IMG/VR virus record: IMGVR_UViG_3300037092_000074
DNA from: an uncultured virus (IMG/VR IMGVR_UViG_3300037092_000074)
Taxonomy: Duplodnaviria; Heunggongvirae; Uroviricota; Caudoviricetes
Reading direction: 5' to 3' (one strand)
DNA: 20,000 nt
This document shows, in pieces, positions 1 through 7,610 of this stretch. The stretch's first letter is position 1; each line of letters starts with the position of its first letter. A program made the position numbers and the translations under genes. The notes under the pieces were generated by a model. The model did not search any database. It was given only the letters and a program-made list of their open reading frames with translations, and was not told the origin of the DNA.

Positions 1-74
1 AAGTCAGGCCGAGGAGAAGACCCTGTGTATCTTCGATGTTTTCCAAAGAGAAAATGAATCGGAATCATAACCCT

Positions 75-89
75 GTCCATTATCCGGAC
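75..89 (-). repeat. 15-bp motif GTCCGGATAATGGAC, exact
   Basis: Exact copy just after the stop of 93..302. Confidence 0.95.
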
Positions 90-92
90 GAT

Positions 93-302
93 TTAATCTG
101 CGTCCTCTTCTACAGTAACACCAATACTTCCCCTGGAAATGGTGACAAAGAAGACCCCGGGCTTTAGAAGTTCCGTATTCTCTGCTTGAGCCGCCTGCAC
201 CGCCCTTCGGATTTCCGCCGCCACTAAATCAATCTCCTCCTGAGTTTCTGGAAGAGGAAAGTTCAAAACACAACTAACCATGATCGTAACCTTTCTGTCC
301 AT
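93..302 (-). CDS. hypothetical protein (69 aa)
   Basis: ORF fits the co-oriented gene array; its ATG lies inside a copy of the 15-bp motif. Confidence 0.7.
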   Translation of the reverse strand: MDRKVTIMVSCVLNFPLPETQEEIDLVAAEIRRAVQAAQAENTELLKPGVFFVTISRGSIGVTVEEDAD

Positions 303-311
303 TATCCGGAC
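297..311 (-). repeat. 15-bp motif, exact
   Basis: Joins a TAG stop and an ATG start. Confidence 0.95.
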
Positions 312-502
312 TAAGGTAGAACTTCGATTGCGGGAGTTTCAATAACGATCTTCCCCATAACTCCCTCTTGCCATTCGATGAAGGTTCGGGTTGACCCATC
401 TTCGGCAACGACTAGGTTCCACCGAGGAAAGGCTTCGGAAGATCGAACGCTCAAACCCCCGGTCCAGGGTCCCACTTCGATTGGTCCTCTAACAACTAAC
501 AT
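311..502 (-). CDS. hypothetical protein (63 aa, MLVVRGPIEV...)
   Basis: Start moved from 565 to ATG 502: GAGG upstream and avoids a long overlap with 489..809. Confidence 0.6.
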   Translation of the reverse strand: MLVVRGPIEVGPWTGGLSVRSSEAFPRWNLVVAEDGSTRTFIEWQEGVMGKIVIETPAIEVLP

Positions 503-809
503 TTGGAACCTCGATTTCGAGGGGGAAGACACCGAGGCAGGAATTTCCAATCTGATTTTTGACATACTCCTCCGCAGCGGACTTTAAGGCCCAAAGTCGT
601 CCTCGATCTACACACTCTTCCGTAAACTTTCCGGCTTTCAGAACAACCACCCACTTGGTTACCTTCTTGGTGATCAACTTCTTGCGGCGCTCTCCCATCA
701 GGTCGTTGACGGTTCTTCCACAAACTTCGTGCAGGGGGAAAGGAGCGGTTCCGGCTTCCACCCCGGCTCGATAATAATCCTCGGGGCCCCAAATGTTTAC
801 TTCTGCCAT
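489..809 (-). CDS. hypothetical protein (106 aa)
   Basis: GAGGAG RBS before ATG 809; co-oriented. Confidence 0.7.
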   Translation of the reverse strand: MAEVNIWGPEDYYRAGVEAGTAPFPLHEVCGRTVNDLMGERRKKLITKKVTKWVVVLKAGKFTEECVDRGRLWALKSAAEEYVKNQIGNSCLGVFPLEIEVPNVSC

Positions 810-896
810 GTTTCATCTCCTCATTACTTGTTGTTAAGTGTTGATGTTTTGGGACACCGCTCAGGAACATTATTCTGATCCTAAGCCGGTATTGCG

Positions 897-1244
897 TTAA
901 GATTCCTGAACGGTAACTTCCGCCGCATCCAGTTCCCGCTCCAAAACAGCCAAAGCTCTCCAAGCCATGCGGGCGGTGGCCCTGATTCCGTTCTCGTCCA
1001 CTGTCCCTCTCTCAATGAAATGACGGATAAGGGCATCCGCGTCGTCCACGGACCTATCCCGGTCCCAATGTAACGGAGTTCCTGGAGGGAAATGCTGCCT
1101 GTTCCCCGCCAAAGACACACGGGAAATCTCGGCCATAGACTTTGGGAAGTAGTCGAGGACTCCTGTGGCTATTGGAGTTTCCTTCCGCTCTTTTGCTCCG
1201 CTCGGCAGTAAGCTCAAAACCGTCCTCCGTTCCTGGTCACCCAT
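897..1244 (-). CDS. dATP/dGTP diphosphohydrolase N-terminal domain-like (DUF5664-like) protein
   Basis: YFPKSMAEISRVSLAGNRQH...LHWDR...DALIRH...AWRALA pattern typical of this phage family. Confidence 0.7.
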   Translation of the reverse strand: MGDQERRTVLSLLPSGAKERKETPIATGVLDYFPKSMAEISRVSLAGNRQHFPPGTPLHWDRDRSVDDADALIRHFIERGTVDENGIRATARMAWRALAVLERELDAAEVTVQES

Positions 1245-1600
1245 TGTTCCACTTCTCCCCAGTTATCTTCAACTCTGAGGGCTTTGTCATCGAGGTAGAG
1301 ATCAGCTAGGGGTTTACCCTTTGCTCCGTCGTCGATCTCGTCATACGGCACACCTTCTTTGTCCAGGAACTCAATCATTTCCCGGACCAGCGGGCGCTCC
1401 AAAGTGGGACAGTCCCAACTCCCAAAGATGTCTTCCTGCCACCTACAGGTACGGCAGGACCAGACAATGATACGGAACCCCATTCGGCGGAAAGCCTGTA
1501 ACGCAGATCGGGCCCCGGGTTTGAGCGCACCGATCTTGGGGAACTCGTGGTCCACTATGGTGCCGTCAAAATCCACACAAATTGTTTTCTGGTAGGCCAC
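1214..1600 (-). CDS. HAD-superfamily phosphatase (capless)
   Basis: Motif I VDFDGT, motif II WSCR, C-terminal KPLADLYLDDKA. Confidence 0.85.
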   Translation of the reverse strand: MAYQKTICVDFDGTIVDHEFPKIGALKPGARSALQAFRRMGFRIIVWSCRTCRWQEDIFGSWDCPTLERPLVREMIEFLDKEGVPYDEIDDGAKGKPLADLYLDDKALRVEDNWGEVEQWVTRNGGRF

Positions 1601-1812
1601 TACTGTCTTACCGCCTCTCGTTCCTTCTCCCCAGTTTCAAGAGCATTGATGAATTCTCGGTCAACCCATGCCCGAAGTTCCTCCGTAAGCTCCGGGTTCT
1701 TTGTGACGATAAAATCCGCATACGTCTTCATCGCGGCTCTTGAAGCTCGGGCGTAGTCATCCGTCCCCTCGGGCTTCAGCACGAAATATTTCATCTTCAA
1801 ACCGTCTGACAT
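1600..1812 (-). CDS. hypothetical phage protein (MSDGLKMKYFVLKP...)
   Basis: GGAGG RBS before ATG 1812; stop overlaps the next start. Confidence 0.7.
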   Translation of the reverse strand: MSDGLKMKYFVLKPEGTDDYARASRAAMKTYADFIVTKNPELTEELRAWVDREFINALETGEKEREAVRQ

Positions 1813-2072
1813 GGTTCCTCCGTTGCTCGGTTTTCCGGCCACAGTTTGTGAGCATCGCCCCGGGCGTAGTCCGCCGGGCAAGGAAGTTCTTTGTATTCCG
1901 GCTCCCAACCAGTAAAGGCTATCCCCCAAGCGAGCCGAAGAGCCTGCCACTCTTTGTTCGCGTCACAATACCGACACTCTCCTGGGCCGTGGAGAATTCT
2001 TTGATCGCAGTGCGGAAAGGGACGGCTGATGAATTCAATCATGTTCATCTGCGGTTTGGTTTTCTTAAACAT
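1797..2072 (-). CDS. hypothetical Cys/His-containing protein (91 aa)
   Basis: AGGAGG RBS; HCD..LH...CRYC possible metal site. Confidence 0.75.
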   Translation of the reverse strand: MFKKTKPQMNMIEFISRPFPHCDQRILHGPGECRYCDANKEWQALRLAWGIAFTGWEPEYKELPCPADYARGDAHKLWPENRATEEPCQTV

Positions 2073-2082
2073 GGTTCCTCCT

Positions 2083-2097
2083 GTCCATTATCCGGAC
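2083..2097 (-). repeat. 15-bp motif, exact
   Basis: Between a TAG stop and an AGGAGG RBS. Confidence 0.95.
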
Positions 2098-2957
2098 TAA
2101 ACAATTTCTTCGAGAGCGTGAGCGAAGTAGAAAGGGACTTTGAATCCCGCTGCGTGTTTATGGCCGCCACCCCCATATAGCTTTGCAATTTCGGACACGT
2201 CCAAGCCGTCTTCGTCCGACCGGAGGGAGAAGATCGCACTTGCTCCGTCGAGGTAGAACGTTGAGGCGAATGGTTCGCCTTTGGCTAAGATGTTCCCGGC
2301 CTCGGTGCAAAGCGTGTACGGAAGGTTCGCTGTCGGAACCAGATGTCCGCCCAGGTAGATGGTGAACTTGTTTTGAAGAAGCTCGTCGATGTCCTTGGTT
2401 TGCTTGCGAAGAATTGCTTCCCCTTGAAGCTCGCACTCTTTCCGAGTTTCCACGCAGTCCAAGCCTTCGGCCACAGAAGTCCAGGTAAAAAAATCGTAGG
2501 GAAGACTAAAGATGTAAGAGGAAAGAGCTTTGGTTTCAGGAAAAATAAACTTCCACAAATCCCTGTCCTCAACATAATCAATCAACATGGGTCGGTCTTT
2601 GACCGTTGCCTCTGGGTGGAAATAATTCCAAGCAAGATGCGCCCCAGAGCTTTCCATGTCGAATTTCACCGACACGTTCTCTGGAAGATCGACCAGGTCC
2701 GCTTCCGCGCTCTTGTGGTGATCCAGGATGTGGATAAACGAGGCGGTCTTCGCCATCTCTAAAATCACCGGGTGCTTGTAGGAGAAGTCGAGAAAGTACA
2801 CATCCCGGCCTGTTACATCCGGAGGATTCTCTTGGTATTTTCCGGGATAGAACTCCCAGTCAGGGTGGAGTTTCCACACGACCCAAGCAGCGGTAAAACC
2901 GTCGGCGCAGTTACCGTGGTAGATTACTAGAGGTTTCATCAGTTCCTTTCCGTCCAT
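2097..2957 (-). CDS. DHH/DHHA1 family phosphoesterase (NrnB/nanoRNase-like)
   Basis: YHGNCADG, LDFS, LDHH, DRDLW, SLRS and GGGGHKHAAG motifs; alternative start at 2939. Confidence 0.92.
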   Translation of the reverse strand: MDGKELMKPLVIYHGNCADGFTAAWVVWKLHPDWEFYPGKYQENPPDVTGRDVYFLDFSYKHPVILEMAKTASFIHILDHHKSAEADLVDLPENVSVKFDMESSGAHLAWNYFHPEATVKDRPMLIDYVEDRDLWKFIFPETKALSSYIFSLPYDFFTWTSVAEGLDCVETRKECELQGEAILRKQTKDIDELLQNKFTIYLGGHLVPTANLPYTLCTEAGNILAKGEPFASTFYLDGASAIFSLRSDEDGLDVSEIAKLYGGGGHKHAAGFKVPFYFAHALEEIV

Positions 2958-2966
2958 TATCCGGAC
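2952..2966 (-). repeat. 15-bp motif, exact
   Basis: Joins a TAG stop and an ATG start. Confidence 0.95.
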
Positions 2967-4447
2967 TAAACTCGCGTGTAGATCGTGCTGGTCACACCCT
3001 TGCTCCGGTCCACAACATAGCTCGCCAAGGCCGCCTCAGATAGGTACGCATTCCGTTCATGGAATCGGTCGCGTCCCCGAAGAGAAGGCATCTGATAGTG
3101 CGTACCCCCCACTAACTCGCGGACAACCTCGTGGTGCAGGTGCCCGGTGAAGAAAGCCCGCCACATAGTATTGGCCCACAACCCGGGAGCTTCAAGAGCC
3201 ATCGTCGCCATGTACTGTGCTGGCTTCAGGGCCCCATCCCCATGAGCAAACCCAAGCAGCGTGTCTCCGTATGAGGTGTAGGCCCGGGACTTTGCGCTGA
3301 ACTCGATCTCTACGTCGGAGTCATTCCTGTACCAAGCCTGAAGGAACTTGAGCAAGGTGAGGGTCAGCATTCTGTCGTGATTTCCGGGTACGGACAGTAT
3401 CTTGACTTGAGACGCACCACGAAGGGTATCAATATCCCGGACAGCCAGGTCAAAACCCTCGGCTATGATCTGGGCGACTGTCCCGTCCATCTCCTGCGGA
3501 GTTCCTTTAGTCGTGGTCCCGAAGTCAGTATCTACCGTCACGTAGTCATGCCCAATGACGTAAAAGAACTTCTCCGGCCTCCCCTTGTCCGATACCTCTT
3601 CGAGCATCTGAGTTCTGGCATAAACTAAACGTTCCTCGGCTACGGCCCGGCTAAACTCTTCGCCTGTCTCCAAGACCCAGCCGCTGCCGCCATAGTGAAG
3701 TTCTCCCGCGCTGGTCACGACCGCAAACGGATTTCTCGCCAGCTTCAGGTTGAGGCGGGGCGGCTCATAAGAAGGAATCAAAGTGGACAGGTGATCTTGC
3801 AGAGGAAGCATGAAGTTCTGCTCCAAGTTGTTCCACTTTTCCGCGTCCACCTTGATTTCATGCCAGCGTTTCTTCTCGAAACCTTCCCAAATAGCCTGGC
3901 GTCTCTGTTGAAAAGCGTCGTCCGCGAGGTCTTCGACTTCCCGAGACATCACTTCTTCCCGAGTAAAAGGCTCGGCCTCGTGAGTCCACCCGTGTACCGC
4001 CTTGAGTTCCTGGAACTGATCTCGGGGGATAGCAAACCGGCGGCAGATTTCATTGACCGTAGAGGGTTTTCCATCCCAGTCGGAATACGCTTTCTTCATC
4101 GACCGGAATTTTACTCCGTTGATAACTAAGGGCTTAGGTCGGCACTTCAAGAAGGTAATGTAGGTGTCCGAGTCCCCGTTGTATACGTATTTGTCTTTCT
4201 GAACCCACAACCCCGTAAGCTCTTCGTCCGGAGGATCAATCGCAGGCACCACAGGAATCTCCGACCCATCTGCCCGAATATCGGACACAATCTGCTCGTC
4301 AAGATACTGCTTGAGAATTCTCGAAACAGTCTTGTGATGCAAGCCCACGGCGTCGGCAATCTTCCTTGCAGACATTCCTGGGAAATTGTCGTGGTATTCG
4401 TGGACAGCCGAACGGAGGGCTTGGGGTACTGGAGTAGTCTTAGGCAT
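2966..4447 (-). CDS. N-terminal HTH + calcineurin-like metallophosphoesterase
   Basis: HTH-like SARKIADAVGLHHKTVSRIL; ELH, GHD, PGNHD, AHGD and TGHLHH metal motifs. Confidence 0.8.
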   Translation of the reverse strand: MPKTTPVPQALRSAVHEYHDNFPGMSARKIADAVGLHHKTVSRILKQYLDEQIVSDIRADGSEIPVVPAIDPPDEELTGLWVQKDKYVYNGDSDTYITFLKCRPKPLVINGVKFRSMKKAYSDWDGKPSTVNEICRRFAIPRDQFQELKAVHGWTHEAEPFTREEVMSREVEDLADDAFQQRRQAIWEGFEKKRWHEIKVDAEKWNNLEQNFMLPLQDHLSTLIPSYEPPRLNLKLARNPFAVVTSAGELHYGGSGWVLETGEEFSRAVAEERLVYARTQMLEEVSDKGRPEKFFYVIGHDYVTVDTDFGTTTKGTPQEMDGTVAQIIAEGFDLAVRDIDTLRGASQVKILSVPGNHDRMLTLTLLKFLQAWYRNDSDVEIEFSAKSRAYTSYGDTLLGFAHGDGALKPAQYMATMALEAPGLWANTMWRAFFTGHLHHEVVRELVGGTHYQMPSLRGRDRFHERNAYLSEAALASYVVDRSKGVTSTIYTRV

Positions 4448-4805
4448 TCGAAATCTCCTCTTTCATCTCATCCAAAACGTATTGAGCCAAATCTGCGGCT
4501 CCATCGTTCAGACCCAATTGGTAAACAATCTCATCCTCGGGAAGAACCTTTTCCGCCCGAACTCGCCCCGCTATCTTCTGCAAGGTTTCTACGATCAAAT
4601 CTGGAACCCGCATTTTCTCCTCCAGGATTTCGTCTTCTTCCTCGATGGTTTCCCGCTCAATCAAGTATAACACACCACCCAGGATTAAGGCAAGGGAAAA
4701 GGCCAGCCACGACCTCTGGAGAACTGCTGTCACGGCGGAAGCCCCGCAAGCCCCAGCCAGCACGTCCACGATGATATGGCGCTCTACTCGGGTTTTGTGT
4801 GTCAT
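4440..4805 (-). CDS. hypothetical membrane protein (2 predicted TM segments)
   Basis: Two hydrophobic stretches in the N-half and an acidic C-half; coupled to neighbours. Confidence 0.7.
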   Translation of the reverse strand: MTHKTRVERHIIVDVLAGACGASAVTAVLQRSWLAFSLALILGGVLYLIERETIEEEDEILEEKMRVPDLIVETLQKIAGRVRAEKVLPEDEIVYQLGLNDGAADLAQYVLDEMKEEISNA

Positions 4806-4954
4806 GTCGTTTCCTTGTGCTCTTCACATCTTGGGTCTCGTGTGGAGCGGTCAGTCCCGCCGAGCTTGTTTGGCTTAAAGTTCCAGTAGTCAGCAGACTT
4901 TTGGCAAACCGAGCATTTGCGGGGCGTTGCAAAATCAGGAATTCGTTCGGTCAT
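4802..4954 (-). CDS. small putative zinc-finger protein (50 aa; not in ORF track)
   Basis: MTERIPDFATPRKCSVCQKS...RCEEHKETT; CxxC..CxxH; ATGA overlaps at both ends. Confidence 0.7.
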   Translation of the reverse strand: MTERIPDFATPRKCSVCQKSADYWNFKPNKLGGTDRSTRDPRCEEHKETT

Positions 4955-5508
4955 TGTGTTCCTTTCTGAAGGAGGGCCTTCCCTTTACATTTCGGGCAGG
5001 AATAGCCGTCTCTGTGCATCCACCCTTCCATCAATCCGGTTCCGTCGCACATATCGCAATACTCCTGTCCATTATCCGGACTTCGGTGCTCGCGGAGATA
5101 ATCGGCTGCCAGTTCGAGGATCGCCGAGTCGTCCCGAAAGAGAATCATAGCGCGATTGCATCGGTGGCACAATAAACCTCGGACAGAGGCCCGCTTCAGT
5201 TCTTCCTTTACTTTGGTCAGCGCCTCAGACTTGGTTCTGTATTCAAGGGCTTCGTACTCCGCGCCGTTGTATTCGGCATAAGCGTTCCAGATTTTGCCGC
5301 ATTTATTGGTTTTGATCTTGATCTTTTTCCACTTGTGGTCGTGGTCGATATTCAGCCGTCTGGTCCCCGGACCCTCGCCACAAACGGCACATCCACCCGC
5401 CTGCTCGACGAACTGCTCGTTATACCAGTCGAGGCCGACTCCGTAGGTTTTCTTGAGTCGCAGGTCGGTAGCGCGGTCGAGTTGTGCTTGGGTCTTTGGT
5501 TTGGTCAT
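4951..5508 (-). CDS. endonuclease VII domain protein with internal insertion and C-terminal Zn finger
   Basis: KKTYG..QAGGCAVC..IDHDH..VRGLLCHRCN; C-terminal CDMCDGTG..CPKCKG. Confidence 0.85.
   Translation of the reverse strand: MTKPKTQAQLDRATDLRLKKTYGVGLDWYNEQFVEQAGGCAVCGEGPGTRRLNIDHDHKWKKIKIKTNKCGKIWNAYAEYNGAEYEALEYRTKSEALTKVKEELKRASVRGLLCHRCNRAMILFRDDSAILELAADYLREHRSPDNGQEYCDMCDGTGLMEGWMHRDGYSCPKCKGKALLQKGTQ
5067..5081 (-). repeat. 15-bp motif, exact
   Basis: Intragenic, encodes SPDNG. Confidence 0.95.
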
Positions 5509-5669
5509 AGGGAACCCCTACTGCATTTCCATTGCGCCGGAGCCGGTGTGCTCCAGGTTTTAACCATAGGTTCCCCGCATTTTGGGCAAACGGGGGGCTC
5601 ATCCATTACCCGGACAAGCTTCTCCAGCGTATGCTCGCAACTCGGACAGCGAAACGTATAGATCGGCAT
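5505..5669 (-). CDS. FmdB-family zinc-ribbon protein
   Basis: MPIYTFRCPSCEH...CPKCG signature; AGGAG RBS before ATG 5669. Confidence 0.88.
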   Translation of the reverse strand: MPIYTFRCPSCEHTLEKLVRVMDEPPVCPKCGEPMVKTWSTPAPAQWKCSRGSL

Positions 5670-5676
5670 TTCTCTC

Positions 5677-5775
5677 CTATCCGAAAAAGGCCCACAGATA
5701 CAAGCCAAGGAACATGAGGGCCGCCCCACGGAGGAGCCCGGCCAGGAATTCAAACCACTGAAATTTCTCGATCAT
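5677..5775 (-). CDS. small hydrophobic peptide (32 aa; not in ORF track)
   Basis: MIEKFQWFEFLAGLLRGAALMFLGLYLWAFFG; GAGG RBS; fills the gap between genes. Confidence 0.55.
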   Translation of the reverse strand: MIEKFQWFEFLAGLLRGAALMFLGLYLWAFFG

Positions 5776-5781
5776 ACTTCC

Positions 5782-6147
5782 TCAGCGTAGGAACAACAAA
5801 TTCCCGATGGTTGTTGTTATTGTGAAGGCGGACAGCGACCCGGGGGCGAGTTTGTCCTTGGGGACACACCACAAAGCCCCGCCAGTCTTATCTGAAACTT
5901 CGCCCGCTAAAACGGGGCCCATTCGAGACAAAAGCTGTTGGAACTGCGGGTCGCGCGGGTCCGGGAAGTCCCCCGGGTTTTCTGTCAGCCACTTGGTTGC
6001 TTCGTCGTACACGTCAATTCCGGACTCCAGAGACCTGTTTAAGAGGACTAGGCAGACGCAGAGCATGACGTGTGAGGGCTCTCCTTGCGCAGCCCGCCAG
6101 CAAGCTGTTGCTATGATCGAGTCTCGGTAGTCGGAAGTAGTAAGCAC
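5782..6147 (-). CDS. SleB/Hydrolase_2-like cell wall hydrolase homologue (degenerate)
   Basis: ATACWRAAQGEP..VLLNR..DKTGGAL..IGNLLF resembles the SleB fold; GTG 6147 overlaps the upstream TAG, with AAGGGG RBS. Confidence 0.6.
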   Translation of the reverse strand: MLTTSDYRDSIIATACWRAAQGEPSHVMLCVCLVLLNRSLESGIDVYDEATKWLTENPGDFPDPRDPQFQQLLSRMGPVLAGEVSDKTGGALWCVPKDKLAPGSLSAFTITTTIGNLLFLR

Positions 6148-6302
6148 TAATACCCCTTTACAAAGTACCAGATCACATACAGCCATCCGAGAAGCCCGTG
6201 GAGGATCATCCACCAAAAGGCGTGCCACTTTGTCCAGGAGAGCACGGTTGCAATTATTGTGCCCAAAACCCCAATCCAAGTCCCTTCGTTCGTGTTACTC
6301 AT
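6147..6302 (-). CDS. small membrane protein (51 aa; not in ORF track)
   Basis: MSNTNEGTWIGVLGTIIATVLSWTKWHAFWWMILHGLLGWLYVIWYFVKGY; AAGGAG RBS; overlaps both neighbours. Confidence 0.8.
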   Translation of the reverse strand: MSNTNEGTWIGVLGTIIATVLSWTKWHAFWWMILHGLLGWLYVIWYFVKGY

Positions 6303-6676
6303 TTTTCTTCTCCTTGTCCATTATCCGGACTTCCGTCCGGCTGTTCAACTGCGGTTTCGCTCCGGGGAGGCTCTTCCATCCACGATCCTGACCTTGGTGG
6401 AACCGCCCAGGTACTAAGAGCTTCTTCCGCTGATTTCACGGGAAGCTCGATCACTTGTTTCTGCTTTGCTTCGTACCCAGGGGGAAGAAAGTATTCAGCC
6501 GCGTGTAGCTGACAACAGAAAGCCTTCTGAACCCCGTTGTGGGTAATTAGAACCAGGTACAAGGTTTCTTCCGGAGCCTGCTCCCGGCCCGCCCCTACTT
6601 CGGTTTCATTCCAAGAAAGCACGGATGCGCACCCCTTGAGATCGCACGAAACTGTTATTGTTTTGGATACTCCCAC
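6299..6676 (-). CDS. hypothetical protein, probable Zn-binding
   Basis: CDLKGC...FCCQLH; GAGGAG RBS before GTG. Confidence 0.75.
   Translation of the reverse strand: MGVSKTITVSCDLKGCASVLSWNETEVGAGREQAPEETLYLVLITHNGVQKAFCCQLHAAEYFLPPGYEAKQKQVIELPVKSAEEALSTWAVPPRSGSWMEEPPRSETAVEQPDGSPDNGQGEEK
6316..6330 (-). repeat. 15-bp motif, exact
   Basis: At a gene 3' end directly before the next RBS; encodes SPDNG. Confidence 0.95.
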
Positions 6677-6677
6677 G

Positions 6678-7208
6678 TTACTCCTCTCCGAAGTGAGCCT
6701 TCAGTTTCTGAATAGCGGACCTGCTCCGCCGAGTTATTGTTGATAAATGAACCCCCAGAACATCCGCAACCTCTTGCTGTGTTTTGTCCTCAAGGAGCAG
6801 TTGAACTGTTTGCCTCTCTTTTTCCGATAGCTTGGAAACCGCTTCTTCCAAGTCCAAGGACGAAATCTGGAAATCTGGAGCCGGGGAAGGAGCAGCAACT
6901 TTGGCTGCCCTTCTTGCTGTTTTCGGCTCGGACAGGGAATCAAATCTGACCTTGGGTGGGTTGTCCTTTATGTCTGAGAAGTCCGCCACCCCAAAATGTT
7001 CCTTCGACCAGCAGTGTTGAATTGTCCGGCGGCTGACGGTCGCCGCGTACCCCAAGTCGTTATCGGCACTCTCCAGTTTGTCTTGGTGTTCGAGCAGGGC
7101 CAAATAGCACTCTTGGAGAAGGTCCTCCTGCTGATTCTTTCGAACCTTCAGCTTGGCCATTACGTCTTTGATTACGGGTTGGTATTTGAGAACGTTGAAA
7201 TCGTCCAT
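6678..7208 (-). CDS. sigma-70/ECF-type RNA polymerase sigma factor
   Basis: Region 2 EDLLQECYLALLE; region 4 LSEKERQTV..KTQQEVADVLGVHLSTITRRSRSAIQKLK. Confidence 0.88.
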   Translation of the reverse strand: MDDFNVLKYQPVIKDVMAKLKVRKNQQEDLLQECYLALLEHQDKLESADNDLGYAATVSRRTIQHCWSKEHFGVADFSDIKDNPPKVRFDSLSEPKTARRAAKVAAPSPAPDFQISSLDLEEAVSKLSEKERQTVQLLLEDKTQQEVADVLGVHLSTITRRSRSAIQKLKAHFGEE

Positions 7209-7211
7209 TGA

Positions 7212-7610
7212 TTATGATCCTTTTGGATCGAGTTTTGCTGTTTGCCATCTTCTGTCTTTGTGTGCAGCGTCCGGCCCTGTCTGGTGGCAGGAACTACAAA
7301 GAGCTTCGCAGTTGTCCAAGCTCACCTCGCCACCCGTTTTACCACCGCCAGCCCCCTTGGGCCGGATTTCGTTCATCTCGAAGGTTTCCCACCAAATAAA
7401 CCGACCACACTTCTCGCAGTCCCCGGCGTAGTCGATGCCCTTTCCTTTTGACGCCCGCTGAAACACTTGAAGTCGAATAGCCCTTACCGCCATAGCCCTG
7501 TCCATTTTTAGGACTTGTTCCACGGGCAGATCAAGCCAGGACTTGTCCCTGAAAATTCGGATTGGGAGCCCCTCGTTCCCGATCTCAACGCGAACGAGTT
7601 TACTCGGCAT
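7212..7610 (-). CDS. HNH endonuclease-like protein
   Basis: CEKCG...EMNEIRPKGAGG...NCEALCSSCH. Confidence 0.75.
   Translation of the reverse strand: MPSKLVRVEIGNEGLPIRIFRDKSWLDLPVEQVLKMDRAMAVRAIRLQVFQRASKGKGIDYAGDCEKCGRFIWWETFEMNEIRPKGAGGGKTGGEVSLDNCEALCSSCHQTGPDAAHKDRRWQTAKLDPKGS

Noticed and set aside
1..80. Truncated CDS beginning at the motif ATG (80) or ATG 68
   Set aside because: Only about 26 codons are visible, too few to support a call.
897..1244. Z-genome (2-aminoadenine) claim
   Set aside because: This domain alone is insufficient, and no purZ is present in the window.
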